Positions 54,384-64,000 of a stretch of DNA of 64,000 nt are shown here, piece after piece. Position numbers and translations under genes: made by a program. Where the stretch lies: the NCBI GenBank assembly GCA_963851265.1, contig CAWKNZ010000002.1, forward strand, positions 1,216,001-1,280,000, in the 5' to 3' direction. A model generated the notes under the pieces. The model was not told the DNA's origin. It saw only the letters and a program-made list of their open reading frames with translations, and ran no database searches. The DNA is from an uncultured Gemmatimonadales bacterium. Its GTDB lineage: Bacteria > Gemmatimonadota > Gemmatimonadetes > Gemmatimonadales > Gemmatimonadaceae. How positions within the stretch are numbered: the stretch's first letter is position 1; each line of letters starts with the position of its first letter.

Positions 54384-55766
54384 GTGACTGACCCGCACTC
54401 TTCCGACCGCGTCGTGCGCGTCGCTTCCGGCCAGGGCTTCTGGGGCGACTCGCTCGACGCCCCGCGCCAGCAGGTCGACGGCGGACCGGTCGACTATCTC
54501 ATGCTCGACTACCTCGCCGAGGTCACGATGTCCATTCTGCAGAAGCAGAAGGAACGCGACCCGGCGATGGGGTACGCGAGGGACTTCCTCGGCGCGATCG
54601 AGAGCGTGCTCCCGGCGATCACCGACCGGGGCGTCCGCGTCATCGCCAACGCGGGCGGAGTGAACCCGGAGGCGTGCGCGCACGCGGTGCTCGGCGTCGC
54701 CGAGCGGCACGGCGTGCGGGGCAAGCTGCGGGTGGGCGTGATCACCGGCGACGACCTCCTGCCGCGCCTCGACGCACTGCTCGCGGGTGGGCACGAACTC
54801 CGGAACATGGACACCGGAGCGCCGCTCGACACGGTGCGCGACCGCGTGCTCTCGGCGAACGCCTACATCGGATCGACGCCGATCGTCGAAGCGTTAGGCC
54901 GCGGCGCGAACGTCGTCGTCACCGGCCGCTCGACCGACACCGCGCTCACCATGGCGCCGCTGCGCCACGAGTTCGGGTGGGCCGCCGACGACTGGAACCG
55001 ACTCGCCGCGGGTATCGTGGCCGGCCACATTCTCGAGTGCGGCGCGCAGTCGTCGGGCGGCAACTGCCTCTACGACTGGCGCGAGATCCCTGACCTCGCC
55101 GACGTCGGCTACCCGATCGCGGAGGCGTCGTCGGACGGGTCGTTCGTCATCACGAAACACCCCGGCACCGGCGGGCGCGTGTCGTTCCACTCCGTGGCCG
55201 AACAACTCGTGTACGAGATGGGCGACCCGCACGCCTACATCACGCCCGACGTGGTCGCCGACTTCACGTCCATCCGCCTCGAAGAGGTCGGCCCCGACCG
55301 CGTGCGCGTGCACGGCATCACGGGCGGCCCCGCGACGGACAAGCTGAAGGTGTCGATCGCGTACCGCAGCGGGTGGAAGGCGGTCGGGACGCTCGTGTAC
55401 GCCTGGCCCGACGCGTACGAGAAGGCGCAGGTCGCGGATCGCGTGCTGCGCGAACGCCTCGACCGCCTCGGACTCCGGTTCGACGAGGTGCTGACCGAGT
55501 ACGTCGGCGCGAACGCGACGCACGGTGTGCTGGCCGGCGCGCCCGCGCCGGACCTCGCCGAGGTGCAGCTGCGGGTGGGGGTGCGCGGCGACGACCGCCG
55601 CGCGGTCGAACGCTTCACGCGCGAGCTCGCGCCGCTCGTGCTCAACGGACCGCCGAGCGTGACCGGGTTCGCCGGTGGGCGGCCGAAGGTCGAGGAGGTC
55701 GTCGCGTACTGGCCGGCGCTGGTCGACAAGACCGTCGTCCAGACGCGGGTCGAGGTGCTCGCGTGA
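54384..55766 (+). CDS. Acyclic terpene utilisation AtuA family protein (DUF1446)
   Basis: [57 protein letters not shown]. Confidence 0.88.
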   Translation: MTDPHSSDRVVRVASGQGFWGDSLDAPRQQVDGGPVDYLMLDYLAEVTMSILQKQKERDPAMGYARDFLGAIESVLPAITDRGVRVIANAGGVNPEACAHAVLGVAERHGVRGKLRVGVITGDDLLPRLDALLAGGHELRNMDTGAPLDTVRDRVLSANAYIGSTPIVEALGRGANVVVTGRSTDTALTMAPLRHEFGWAADDWNRLAAGIVAGHILECGAQSSGGNCLYDWREIPDLADVGYPIAEASSDGSFVITKHPGTGGRVSFHSVAEQLVYEMGDPHAYITPDVVADFTSIRLEEVGPDRVRVHGITGGPATDKLKVSIAYRSGWKAVGTLVYAWPDAYEKAQVADRVLRERLDRLGLRFDEVLTEYVGANATHGVLAGAPAPDLAEVQLRVGVRGDDRRAVERFTRELAPLVLNGPPSVTGFAGGRPKVEEVVAYWPALVDKTVVQTRVEVLA

Positions 55767-56128
55767 GCGCGGCCACGGTCCGGGTTCGCCTGCTCGACAT
55801 CGCCCACGCGCGCTCGGGCGACAAGGGCGACACGGCCAACGTGGGGCTCATCGCCCTCCGCCCGGAGTGGTATTCCATCCTCGCCGAGCACGTCACGCGC
55901 GAGCGCGTCGTGGAACACTTTCGGGGCGTCATCAACGGCGACGTGGTGCGCTTCGAACTCCCGAACCTGCTCGCTCTCAACTTCCTGCTCCACGGCGCGC
56001 TCGGCGGCGGCGGCACGCTGTCGCTGAAGACCGACGCGCAGGGCAAGGTGTACTCGACCGCGTTGCTCCGGCTCGTGCTCGACCTCGACGCGGACGCCGC
56101 GGCACGCCTAGGCCTTCCGGTCCGGTAA
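55763..56128 (+). CDS. AtuA C-terminal-like small protein
   Basis: [15 protein letters not shown]...ALNF...LGGG...DAQGK. GTGA-coupled to the AtuA gene. Confidence 0.85.
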   Translation: MSAATVRVRLLDIAHARSGDKGDTANVGLIALRPEWYSILAEHVTRERVVEHFRGVINGDVVRFELPNLLALNFLLHGALGGGGTLSLKTDAQGKVYSTALLRLVLDLDADAAARLGLPVR

Positions 56129-56137
56129 GCAGAACTC

Positions 56138-56305
56138 GTGAACGCCGTCACACGGGCGAAGCTGGCGCTCGCCGTCATGGCCGCGGTGTTTTTCGCGGGC
56201 TCGTTGCGCTCCGGCGCAGACTGGCCGCGGTGGGTCGCCATCGCCCTGCTCGCGGCAGCCGTCCTCCTCCGCTTCATCGGCCCCCGCGCTGGGAACCGCA
56301 CGTGA
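56138..56305 (+). CDS. 55-aa two-TM small protein (absent from the ORF track)
   Basis: MNAVTRAKLALAVMAAVFFAGSLRSGADWPRWVAIALLAAAVLLRFIGPRAGNRT. Fills the gap; its stop overlaps the next GTG. Confidence 0.65.
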   Translation: MNAVTRAKLALAVMAAVFFAGSLRSGADWPRWVAIALLAAAVLLRFIGPRAGNRT

Positions 56306-57312
56306 TTCTACAATCTGAAAGCGCCACGCTCGATTGGGCCGGCATCGGATCGCAGTTCGTCACCTACCTCGGCAATTTCGCGCTCTACGGCGCGCTCGGC
56401 GCCCGCGCAGTGGCGCCGCGCATCGCAGCCGCCGGGGCGGACGCCCCGTCGCGGACGCGGAACTGGGCCAGTCGGGCCGGCGCACGCACCGCGACGATCG
56501 GCATCGTCGGCGCGGGCATCCAGCTCGGTGCGACGCTGCTCGAAGCCGCGAAGCGCGCCGGCGAGCAGCAGCACGCGCCGGGGGGGCCTCCGCACGGCGG
56601 ACCGTCGATCGTGCTGCCGCTCGCGCTCCTTGCGGCGTCGCTCGTCGGGTTCGTACTCGCGCGCTTTCGGGTGCGCGCAGGATGGTGGCTCGCGGGCCTC
56701 GCGGCCCTGGCCCTCGCCCTCGGTCCGGCGGCACAGGGGCAGTGGACGCGGCTGATCAACCCGCTGCACATCCTCGCCGGCGGACTGTGGCTCGGAACGC
56801 TCGCCGTGCTCGTCGGGGCGTTCTTCCCGCTCTTGCTGCGCGGAGACGCCGTGGGGAGCGATCCCGACGTTCGACCGGGCGGGTCGCGGCTCGACGCCGT
56901 GGTGCGCCGCTTTTCGAAGCTCGCGCTCGCATCCTCCGCGCTGCTCGTCGTGACCGGCGTGACCACGGCATGGCGGCACCTCGGGTCGCTCGACGCACTC
57001 TGGACGACGCCGTACGGGTGGGCCCTCGACGTCAAGCTCCTCGTCGTGGCGAGCATCGCCGCATTCGGCTTCTACAACTGGCGCGTCGCGACGCCGGCAT
57101 TGAGCGCCGGATCGGGCGACGCGCGCCTCGCGCGCGCGTCGCTGCGCGAGGTCTCGCTCGGAGTGCTCGTGCTCGTGGTGACGGCCGTGCTCGTTTCGTT
57201 ACCCGCGCCCGCCGAGGAGCGCGCCCATGCGCACAACGCGCACGCGGCGCCGGACGGCCACGCCGGTCCCGCCGCGTCGCCCGGCGCCAGCGGGCACGAC
57301 GACGCGCACTGA
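56302..57312 (+). CDS. CopD-family membrane protein with His-rich tail
   Basis: LHILAGGLWLG, RFSKLA, VVTG, LWTTPYG..L..K, GFYN; C-terminal HAHNAH...GHDDAH. Confidence 0.78.
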   Translation: MILQSESATLDWAGIGSQFVTYLGNFALYGALGARAVAPRIAAAGADAPSRTRNWASRAGARTATIGIVGAGIQLGATLLEAAKRAGEQQHAPGGPPHGGPSIVLPLALLAASLVGFVLARFRVRAGWWLAGLAALALALGPAAQGQWTRLINPLHILAGGLWLGTLAVLVGAFFPLLLRGDAVGSDPDVRPGGSRLDAVVRRFSKLALASSALLVVTGVTTAWRHLGSLDALWTTPYGWALDVKLLVVASIAAFGFYNWRVATPALSAGSGDARLARASLREVSLGVLVLVVTAVLVSLPAPAEERAHAHNAHAAPDGHAGPAASPGASGHDDAH

Positions 57313-57485
57313 CACGCGGCGAGGCGCGCGGTCAGACGCGACGTACGAACTCGCGCGGACGATCCGGGTAGTGCTGAGGGCCGGCGGTGCGTGACACCGC
57401 CGGCCCTCGCGCGTGCGTACGCGCGCTGCCCACGCGCGGACCACGCGCGTGCGCAGCACCCTAAGTCGTTATAGGTTGGGATGTT

Positions 57486-60032
57486 ATGAGCGTGAACCCG
57501 GTTCCCGAACTCCTCGCGCCAGCGGGCACGCTGGACGCCGTGCGCGCCGCCGTCGCGAACGGCGCCGACGCGGTGTACCTCGGCGCGTCGCGGTTCAACG
57601 CGCGCGACGACGGCGCGCAGCTCACGCTCGACGAGCTCGAGGAGGCGTGCGCGATCGCGCATGCGCGCGGCGCGCGCGTCTACCTCACGTTCAACATCCT
57701 CATCAAGCCGGCCGAACTGACTGACGCGCTCACATACCTCGGCGAGTGCGTCGATCGCGGGATCGATGCGGCGATCGTGCAGGACATCGGGATCGTTGGC
57801 CTCATCCAGCGCGTCTACCCCGAGCTGGAAGTCCACGGGTCGACGCAGATGACCGTGCATGACGCGAGCGGGGCCGCGGTGATGGAGCGCCTCGGCGTGC
57901 AGCGCGTCGTGCTCGCGCGCGAAAACACGCTCGACGACGTGCGTGCCATCCGTTCGGCGGTTCCGGACCTCGGGCTCGAGACGTTCGTCCACGGGGCGCT
58001 CTGCATCTCGTACTCCGGGCAGTGCTTCATGTCGGGCATGATCTCGGAACGTTCGGCCAACCGCGGCGCGTGCGTGCAGTCGTGCCGCAAGGACTACACG
58101 CTCGACGACGTGCTCACGGGCCAGGAACTCGATCGCGGCTACCTGATCTCCGCGAAGGATCTCGCGGCGCACGACCACCTGCCCGCGCTCGCCGAACTCG
58201 GGGTCGGGTGTCTCAAGATCGAAGGGCGGAAAAAGCGCCCCGAGTACGTCGCCACCGTTACGCAGGGGTACCGCACGTGGCTCGACCGGATCGCGGCGGG
58301 CGCGTGGACGGCGGCCCCGAGCGTCGACGAGACGCAGCCGCTGGTGCAGATCTTCTCGCGAGGGTTCACCGGCGGGATGTACGGCGGCCGAGCCGGGCGC
58401 GGGTACATCACGCGCGACCAACCGGACAACGCCGGCGTGACGTTAGGCGTGGTCGTCGGTCGTGACCGCGGGGATCTACTGGTGGAGGTGAGCGAGGCGT
58501 TCGCACCCGGCGACGGTATCGGTCTGGAGCCGCCGCCGGGCACCCGCGCACGCAGCACCGGGTTCACGATCGACGCGGTGCGCACGCTCGCGACGCGCGG
58601 CGGCGTCACGCGCCAGGCGCTCGGCGCGCGCGCGGCCGCCGGGAGTACCCAGGGCGGATCGCTCCTCGGCTGGCGCGTGGTGCGCACGTCGCACGCCGCG
58701 CTGCTCGAACGCGCGCGCGCGAGCTACGCCGCGCTCCCGAGCGACGCGCGGGCGCGGAAGGCGCGTCTGGACGTGCGTGTGTTCGGCGCGGCGGGTGCGC
58801 CGCTCAAGGCCGTCTTCACGAGCGGCGATGACTCCGTGACGGTGCGCAGCGAACTGCCGCTCGCGCACGCCAGCAAGCGGGAGCTCGACGCTGCGGTGCT
58901 CCGCGAACAGCTCGGGCGCCTCGGCGAGACGCCGTTCGCGCTCGGGGCGGTCGACACGGCGGCGCTCGCGTCGGGTCTCTTTCTCCCCGTGAGTGAACTC
59001 AACCGGCTCCGTCAGGCCGCAACCGACGAGCTGATGACGCACCGCGATTGGGCGCGCGCGTCCGATCTCGCCGACCGCGCCGAGCGGATCGCGGGTGCCG
59101 TGCGCACGGTCGCGGTCACGCGTCAGGCGCACGCGGCGAGCGCCACTGAAGGACTCGCCGGAGCTACCGCGGCACCGTTCGCGCTCCGCGCCTCCGTCTA
59201 CGATCTCGGCGATGCGCGCGCGGCGGCCGCGGCGGGCGCGACCGAGATCGTCCTCGACCCATTCCTCCGCCACCCCACGCCCCCGCTGGCGCGCGTGCGG
59301 GCGCTCGCCGACGATCTGCGAGCCGAGGGCGTCGGACTGCGCCTGCGCACGCCGACGATCGTACGGCCCGCCGAGCGGCGCGTGGTCGACAAGTGGCTCG
59401 CGCTCGGCCTCCCGACGCTCACCGGGCACCTCGGCCTGCTCGCCGAACTCGGCGCGGGCGGAGCGGACGTGATCGGTGATTACGCGCTCAACGTGTTCAA
59501 CGAGCACACGGCGGCGGGGCTGTTCGCGCTCGGCGCGACCGGCCTCACGCTGTCCGTCGAACTCACCATGGACGAGATGACGCAGCTCGTCGCGCCGTGG
59601 AGCGGGGCGGGGTTCGACGTGTTCGTCTACGGCCGCCCCGAAGGGATGACCATCGAGCACTGCGTGCTCTCGGCCGCGTTCGATCGCACGCCGACGACGT
59701 GCCGCGATCTGTGCGTGCAGAAGCACGCGAACGTCGCGATCACCGATCCGCACGGCTACACGTTCGCCGTGGCGACGGATTCGGCGTGCCGCAACCGACT
59801 GCTGCATTCGCGACCGGTCGATGGCTCCGAGTACCTCCCGCGCCTGTGGCGTGCGGGCGTGCGCGGTTACCAACTCGTGTTCAACGTTCCGGGCGCGCCG
59901 GTCGGCGACGTGGTCCGGGCGACGCGCGGCGCGCTCGACGCCCTGGTCGGTGCTGAACGCCCGGACCTCGCCGCGGTTCGCGCCGCCGTCGGGCCAGAAT
60001 TCACGCGAGGGCACTTCGCGCGTGCGGTTTGA
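57486..60032 (+). CDS. U32-family protein, long form (RlhA/YdcP-like RNA hydroxylation protein)
   Basis: PELLAPAG, HGSTQM, ETFVHGALCISYSGQC...NRGACVQSCR, LKIEGR, LGRLGETPF, LPVSELNRLR; second degenerate U32 domain. Confidence 0.85.
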   Translation: MSVNPVPELLAPAGTLDAVRAAVANGADAVYLGASRFNARDDGAQLTLDELEEACAIAHARGARVYLTFNILIKPAELTDALTYLGECVDRGIDAAIVQDIGIVGLIQRVYPELEVHGSTQMTVHDASGAAVMERLGVQRVVLARENTLDDVRAIRSAVPDLGLETFVHGALCISYSGQCFMSGMISERSANRGACVQSCRKDYTLDDVLTGQELDRGYLISAKDLAAHDHLPALAELGVGCLKIEGRKKRPEYVATVTQGYRTWLDRIAAGAWTAAPSVDETQPLVQIFSRGFTGGMYGGRAGRGYITRDQPDNAGVTLGVVVGRDRGDLLVEVSEAFAPGDGIGLEPPPGTRARSTGFTIDAVRTLATRGGVTRQALGARAAAGSTQGGSLLGWRVVRTSHAALLERARASYAALPSDARARKARLDVRVFGAAGAPLKAVFTSGDDSVTVRSELPLAHASKRELDAAVLREQLGRLGETPFALGAVDTAALASGLFLPVSELNRLRQAATDELMTHRDWARASDLADRAERIAGAVRTVAVTRQAHAASATEGLAGATAAPFALRASVYDLGDARAAAAAGATEIVLDPFLRHPTPPLARVRALADDLRAEGVGLRLRTPTIVRPAERRVVDKWLALGLPTLTGHLGLLAELGAGGADVIGDYALNVFNEHTAAGLFALGATGLTLSVELTMDEMTQLVAPWSGAGFDVFVYGRPEGMTIEHCVLSAAFDRTPTTCRDLCVQKHANVAITDPHGYTFAVATDSACRNRLLHSRPVDGSEYLPRLWRAGVRGYQLVFNVPGAPVGDVVRATRGALDALVGAERPDLAAVRAAVGPEFTRGHFARAV

Positions 60033-60131
60033 AGATCGTCAGGTGAGACGCACGCGACGGTGCAACGGAACGGGCGAGTCAGCGACGTCGGACCCTCGTT
60101 CGCGCGCGGGCTCGGCAGTAGCGTCTCGGGC

Positions 60132-62255
60132 ATGACCGCCGCTCCAAGCCGCGCGGGTTCCACCGCGCCGACCCTCGACGACGCGCGCGCACTGCTCCGC
60201 GCACGCTTCCACTTCGAGGAGTTCCGTCCCGGACAGGAGCGCGCGCTCGCCGCAGTCCTCGACGGCCGCGATGCGGTCGTGATCATGCCGACCGGTGGCG
60301 GGAAGTCGCTCTGCTATCAGGTGCCCGCGCTCCTGCTGCCCGGGCTGACCGTCGTCGTCAGCCCGCTCATCTCGCTCATGAAGGACCAGGTCGACGCGCT
60401 CACGGCGCGCGGCCTCCCCGCCGCGTTCGTCAACAGCACACTCACGAGCGCGCAGGCATCGGAGCGCTTCCAGCGAGCGGCGCGCGGCGAATTGAAGCTC
60501 CTGTACGTGGCGCCCGAGCGGTTCGACTTCGGCAACACCGCCGACCGCCTGCGCGACATCGGGGTGTCGCTGCTCGCCGTGGACGAGGCGCACTGCATCA
60601 GCGAGTGGGGACACGACTTCCGCCCGAGCTATCTGCGCATGCGCTCCGTGCGCGAGCGACTCGGCGACCCCACCACGATCGCGCTCACGGCGACGGCGAC
60701 GCCCGAAGTGCGGCGCGACATCGAGGCCCAACTCGGGCTGAACGATCCCGAACGCGTCGTCACCGGCTTCGACCGCACCAACCTGCATTACCACGTCGTG
60801 CGCGTGAAGAACGACGCGGAAAAGGACGCCGCGCTCGTGGACGTGCTCGATCGCAACCCCGGGCTCGCGATCGTGTACGCGGCGACGCGGAAGGCCGTCG
60901 AGCGCGTGACCGGCGTGTTGACGCGCGCGCGTGTTGCGGCCGTGGGCTACCACGCGGGTCTCGATGACGCGCACCGCCAGGACGTGCAGGACGCCTTCAT
61001 GAACGAGAAGGTGCGCGCGATCGTCGCGACCAACGCGTTCGGCATGGGCATCGACAAGCCGAACGTTCGCGTGGTCGTGCACCACGCGATGCCGGGGTCG
61101 CTCGAGGCGTATTACCAGGAGGCGGGCCGTGCGGGGCGCGACGGACAGCCAAGCGAGGTGTTCCTGCTCCACTCGTTCCCGGACCGGTTCACGCACGAGT
61201 TCTTCATCAAGGGTGCCTATCCCGAGCGCCCGTTCGTCGAACGCGTGTTCGAGAAGCTCCGGCGCGAGGCCGACCGCAGCGGCCAGATCGGCGCGGTCGA
61301 CACGGGGCGAATCGCGAACGCGCTGCCCGACAAGGCGGGCCCGCGTGACGTCGAGAGCGCGATCCGGCTGCTCTCCACGGCGAACGCGCTGCGCGCCGAG
61401 TCGGAGTCGCCGTCTCGGGTGTGGGTGCGGCTCCTCGCCACACCCGACCGCATCAAGCGCGAGCTCACCGAGCACGGCGAACTCGAACTCCTTCGCGCGA
61501 TCTGGCGCGCCGCCGGCAAGCAGCTTGAGACGGGTGCGACGGTCGAACTCGACGCGTTGCCGCCGGGGTTCGGCGGCGGCCAGGGCGCGCTCCCGATCCT
61601 CGAAGCGTTGCAGTCGCGCCAGTTCGTGCACGTGGAGCGCGCCGGCGGCGGACTGCGCCTCGCCGACCCGCAGCTCACCGCGGCCGAACTGCGCATCGAT
61701 TGGACCGCGCTCGACCGGCGCCGGCGCGGCGAGTTGGGCAAGCTCGACGCCGTGCAGAAGTACGCGTACCACACGCGCTGCCGCCGCGAGTTCGTGCTGC
61801 GCTACTTCGGCGACCCGGCCGCGCGCGCGGAGTGCGCGGGGTGCGACAACTGCCTCGGGATCACGCACACGGTCGAGGCCGCGGCCGCCGCACCGCGGAC
61901 CAAGCGGCGCGCGCCGGCGCCCGCGTTCGGCGAGACGGTAACGGCGGGCGCGGGGCGCGCGCGTCCGGCGTCGGATCCGTCCGCGCCGGCCCCGAGCGAC
62001 ATCGTGTTGAGCGCGGCGGACAGCGCGCTGCTGGCACGGCTCAAGACGCTGCGCGGCGAGATCGCGCGCGCGGACAAGGTGCCCGCGTACGTCGTGTTCC
62101 CGGACCGCACCTTGGCCGAGTTCGCCGTCCGCCGCCCCCGCACACTCGCCACGATGGGCGACGTGCGAGGCGTCGGACCGGCCAAACTGGAGAAGTACGG
62201 CGAGCGATTCCTCGCCGCAGTGCGCGACGGCGCTGGCGTCGATGACGCGGCCTGA
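60132..62255 (+). CDS. recQ: RecQ-family ATP-dependent DNA helicase
   Basis: PTGGGKSLCYQ, VDEAHCISEWGHDFRP, QEAGRAGRDG, CRR...CAGCDNC, C-terminal HRDC. Start 60132 (or 60060). Confidence 0.93.
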   Translation: MTAAPSRAGSTAPTLDDARALLRARFHFEEFRPGQERALAAVLDGRDAVVIMPTGGGKSLCYQVPALLLPGLTVVVSPLISLMKDQVDALTARGLPAAFVNSTLTSAQASERFQRAARGELKLLYVAPERFDFGNTADRLRDIGVSLLAVDEAHCISEWGHDFRPSYLRMRSVRERLGDPTTIALTATATPEVRRDIEAQLGLNDPERVVTGFDRTNLHYHVVRVKNDAEKDAALVDVLDRNPGLAIVYAATRKAVERVTGVLTRARVAAVGYHAGLDDAHRQDVQDAFMNEKVRAIVATNAFGMGIDKPNVRVVVHHAMPGSLEAYYQEAGRAGRDGQPSEVFLLHSFPDRFTHEFFIKGAYPERPFVERVFEKLRREADRSGQIGAVDTGRIANALPDKAGPRDVESAIRLLSTANALRAESESPSRVWVRLLATPDRIKRELTEHGELELLRAIWRAAGKQLETGATVELDALPPGFGGGQGALPILEALQSRQFVHVERAGGGLRLADPQLTAAELRIDWTALDRRRRGELGKLDAVQKYAYHTRCRREFVLRYFGDPAARAECAGCDNCLGITHTVEAAAAAPRTKRRAPAPAFGETVTAGAGRARPASDPSAPAPSDIVLSAADSALLARLKTLRGEIARADKVPAYVVFPDRTLAEFAVRRPRTLATMGDVRGVGPAKLEKYGERFLAAVRDGAGVDDAA

Positions 62256-62432
62256 GCGCGCTTCCTAACGCGCCGAAGTCCCCTCGGCGACCGGCGCGGA
62301 GGGCGACGGCGCGCCGCGATCGACTCTCGTCCCAGCCGCGCGACGGGGATGCCGCCGCGCCGTCCCCGGCGAGAACCTGTCCGCCGCGTTGCCTCCGAGG
62401 GTGGTGCCGAGACCGTCCGGCTCGCGTCGGCG

Positions 62433-62810
62433 TTAGGTGGCCCGAGCGCCGCTCGACATCTCCTCCGGGCGCGTCAACGCGCCGACGACGAGCCCCGCGA
62501 CACCGATCGCGACGAACGTGTTGCGCGCCCGCGCGTCTTCGGCGAACCCGAACAGCCACGGCGCGGCGACCGCGAGGGCACTCACCGCCGCGTCGAGCCC
62601 CAAGTGCACCCTGAATGGGATCACGCGCACGACGCCCCACTCGGCGCGCGTCAGGAGCGTCGACAGGAGCACGCCCGCACTGAGCGCGCGCGCGAGTTGC
62701 GCCGGAACGCTGTCGGCGTCGAAACCGACGGCGGCCGGCGCGGCGGCAACCGCCGGGATGTACGCCCAGTCGACGGCGCCGTGTTGCTCGCGGGAGAGCG
62801 GCTGTTGCAT
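62433..62810 (-). CDS. Small SPW-repeat-like membrane protein
   Basis: Internal duplication HGAVD...AAP...GF / HLGLD...AAPWLFGF. About four hydrophobic segments. Confidence 0.7.
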   Translation of the reverse strand: MQQPLSREQHGAVDWAYIPAVAAAPAAVGFDADSVPAQLARALSAGVLLSTLLTRAEWGVVRVIPFRVHLGLDAAVSALAVAAPWLFGFAEDARARNTFVAIGVAGLVVGALTRPEEMSSGARAT

Positions 62811-63304
62811 CGGGATAAGTGGCAGCGATGTGGAAGGAGGTCTGGTCGCGGCGGCCGGTCGCGGCGCACGTTGCCAACGTGCCCGTCAACCGCTCGCAGC
62901 GACCGGCACGGCGGTCCGCCGTGAAGCGGTCCCGTCATCCGGGGGTATCATCATCCGACAACCGGGCGATCGCAGGCCCGGGCGGCGCGGAGCGATCCGG
63001 ACGACGTGGCCGTGCTTCGGCGGTGTTGCGACCGTGCGAGCGGGTGCTGGAGGTGGCGCGTGCGCCGCTCGGTTCAAGTCGCCCGCACGCCGTCCAACGC
63101 GCGCCCGCGTTGCAATACCGCCGCCCGTACGGCGCCAGCTGCACGAGAACCCGTTCCCGCGCGGCCGAGCGGCACGGCCGAGCCCCCGCTACCGTTGACC
63201 AGACGCTCGGGGCGGTCGACAGGCGTCGGGCCGTGCTGGTGCGCAGCCCTCGCGCTGATGAGCTTTCCCCCGCGCGACACGCGCGCCTCGTCTCTCGATT
63301 TCGT

Positions 63305-64000
63305 ATGGAAGATTCGCTGTACTTCAACGACCAGCACCTCGCCGTCCGCGACATGGTCCGCAGCTTCGCCCAGAGCGAGGTCGCGCCCGTCGCCGGGCAC
63401 TTCGACGAGGTCGCGCAGTTTCCGTGGGAGAACGTCAAGCGCATGGGCGAGCTCGGCCTGCTCGGCGTTCCCTGGCCGGAGGACGTCGGCGGCGCGGGCC
63501 TCGACCTCACGAGCTACATCATCGCGATTCACGAGATGGCCAAGGTCGACGCCTCGCACGCGATCACCATCTCGGCGCACACCACGCTCGGCACGTCGCC
63601 GATCTACTACTTCGGAAACGACGCACAGCGCGCGCGCTACATCCCGATGCTCGCGACCGGCCGCGTCCTGGGCGGTTTCGGCCTGACCGAGCCCGATGCC
63701 GGGAGCGACGCTGGGGGAACGCGTACGACCGCCGTACGGCGCAACGGGCACTACGTCCTGAACGGGTCCAAGCGGTTCATCACGCACGCGTCGGTCGGCG
63801 AAGTGTTCGTCGTCACCGCCGTGACCGACCCGACCGCCGGGACGCGCGGCATCAGCTCGTTCATCCTGACGAAGGAGACGTCGGATCTCGACAAGGTTCG
63901 CGGGCTCGGTATCGGCCACGACGCGTCGCTTCCGGCGCTGCCCGGGTTTCGTGCCGGAAAGAAGGAGGACAAGCTCGGCTGGCGAGCGTCCGACACGGCG
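63305..64000 (+). CDS. Acyl-CoA dehydrogenase, 3'-truncated by window edge
   Basis: Manual translation: MEDSLYF...MGELGLLG...GGAG...FGLTEPDAGSD...LNGSKRFIT...EDKLGWRASDT. Confidence 0.92.
   Translation, partial: MEDSLYFNDQHLAVRDMVRSFAQSEVAPVAGHFDEVAQFPWENVKRMGELGLLGVPWPEDVGGAGLDLTSYIIAIHEMAKVDASHAITISAHTTLGTSPIYYFGNDAQRARYIPMLATGRVLGGFGLTEPDAGSDAGGTRTTAVRRNGHYVLNGSKRFITHASVGEVFVVTAVTDPTAGTRGISSFILTKETSDLDKVRGLGIGHDASLPALPGFRAGKKEDKLGWRASDTA

Noticed and set aside
60095..60118. Possible LexA box upstream of recQ (TTCGC...CTCGG)
   Set aside because: Both half-sites mismatch and the period is 12, not 11.
62886..63300. Small ORFs or a riboswitch upstream of the acyl-CoA dehydrogenase
   Set aside because: No recognisable protein motif or riboswitch consensus by eye; an Rfam scan would be needed.

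Overview
This is a very GC-rich (roughly 70%+, by eye) core-chromosome segment. Gene content and order suggest a Gemmatimonadota-like bacterium (inference; no database search was possible). Gene order: mrdA(partial)-rodA-accD-folC-hisS-proS-lysA-metallophosphoesterase-guaA; a stand-alone PTS IIA; dusB and tmRNA; a minus-strand run truA-transaldolase-like-htrA-purB-purC-psd-pssA-purS-purQ-Zn-ribbon-purL-purF-ppdK; a GAF-only protein and trpD; lexA divergent from trpCFBA-folBK-panBC-yqeK-LytR_C; rlmN; aspS-phoH-7TM-HD-ybeY and two CNNM/CBS genes; a B12 acyl-CoA mutase / carboxyltransferase / split AtuA cluster; a CopD-like gene, a U32/RlhA-like gene, recQ, an SPW-type membrane protein and a truncated acyl-CoA dehydrogenase. 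No mobile element, prophage or CRISPR array is visible. Strongest non-obvious signals: (1) two TTCGG-N6-TTCGG direct repeats flanking the -10 of the lexA promoter, a candidate LexA box; (2) a transaldolase/FSA-fold protein lacking its Schiff-base lysine and other active-site residues; (3) a recurrent heptamer GTTAGGC/GCCTAAC that forces rare codons in both orientations; (4) a mutase with isobutyryl-CoA-mutase-type residues inside an uncharacterised AtuA-linked cluster; (5) -10-like TAnnnT hexamers 5-9 nt before many start codons, suggesting leaderless transcripts. hisS, dusB and the carboxyltransferase carry apparent single-base insertions that are probably read errors.
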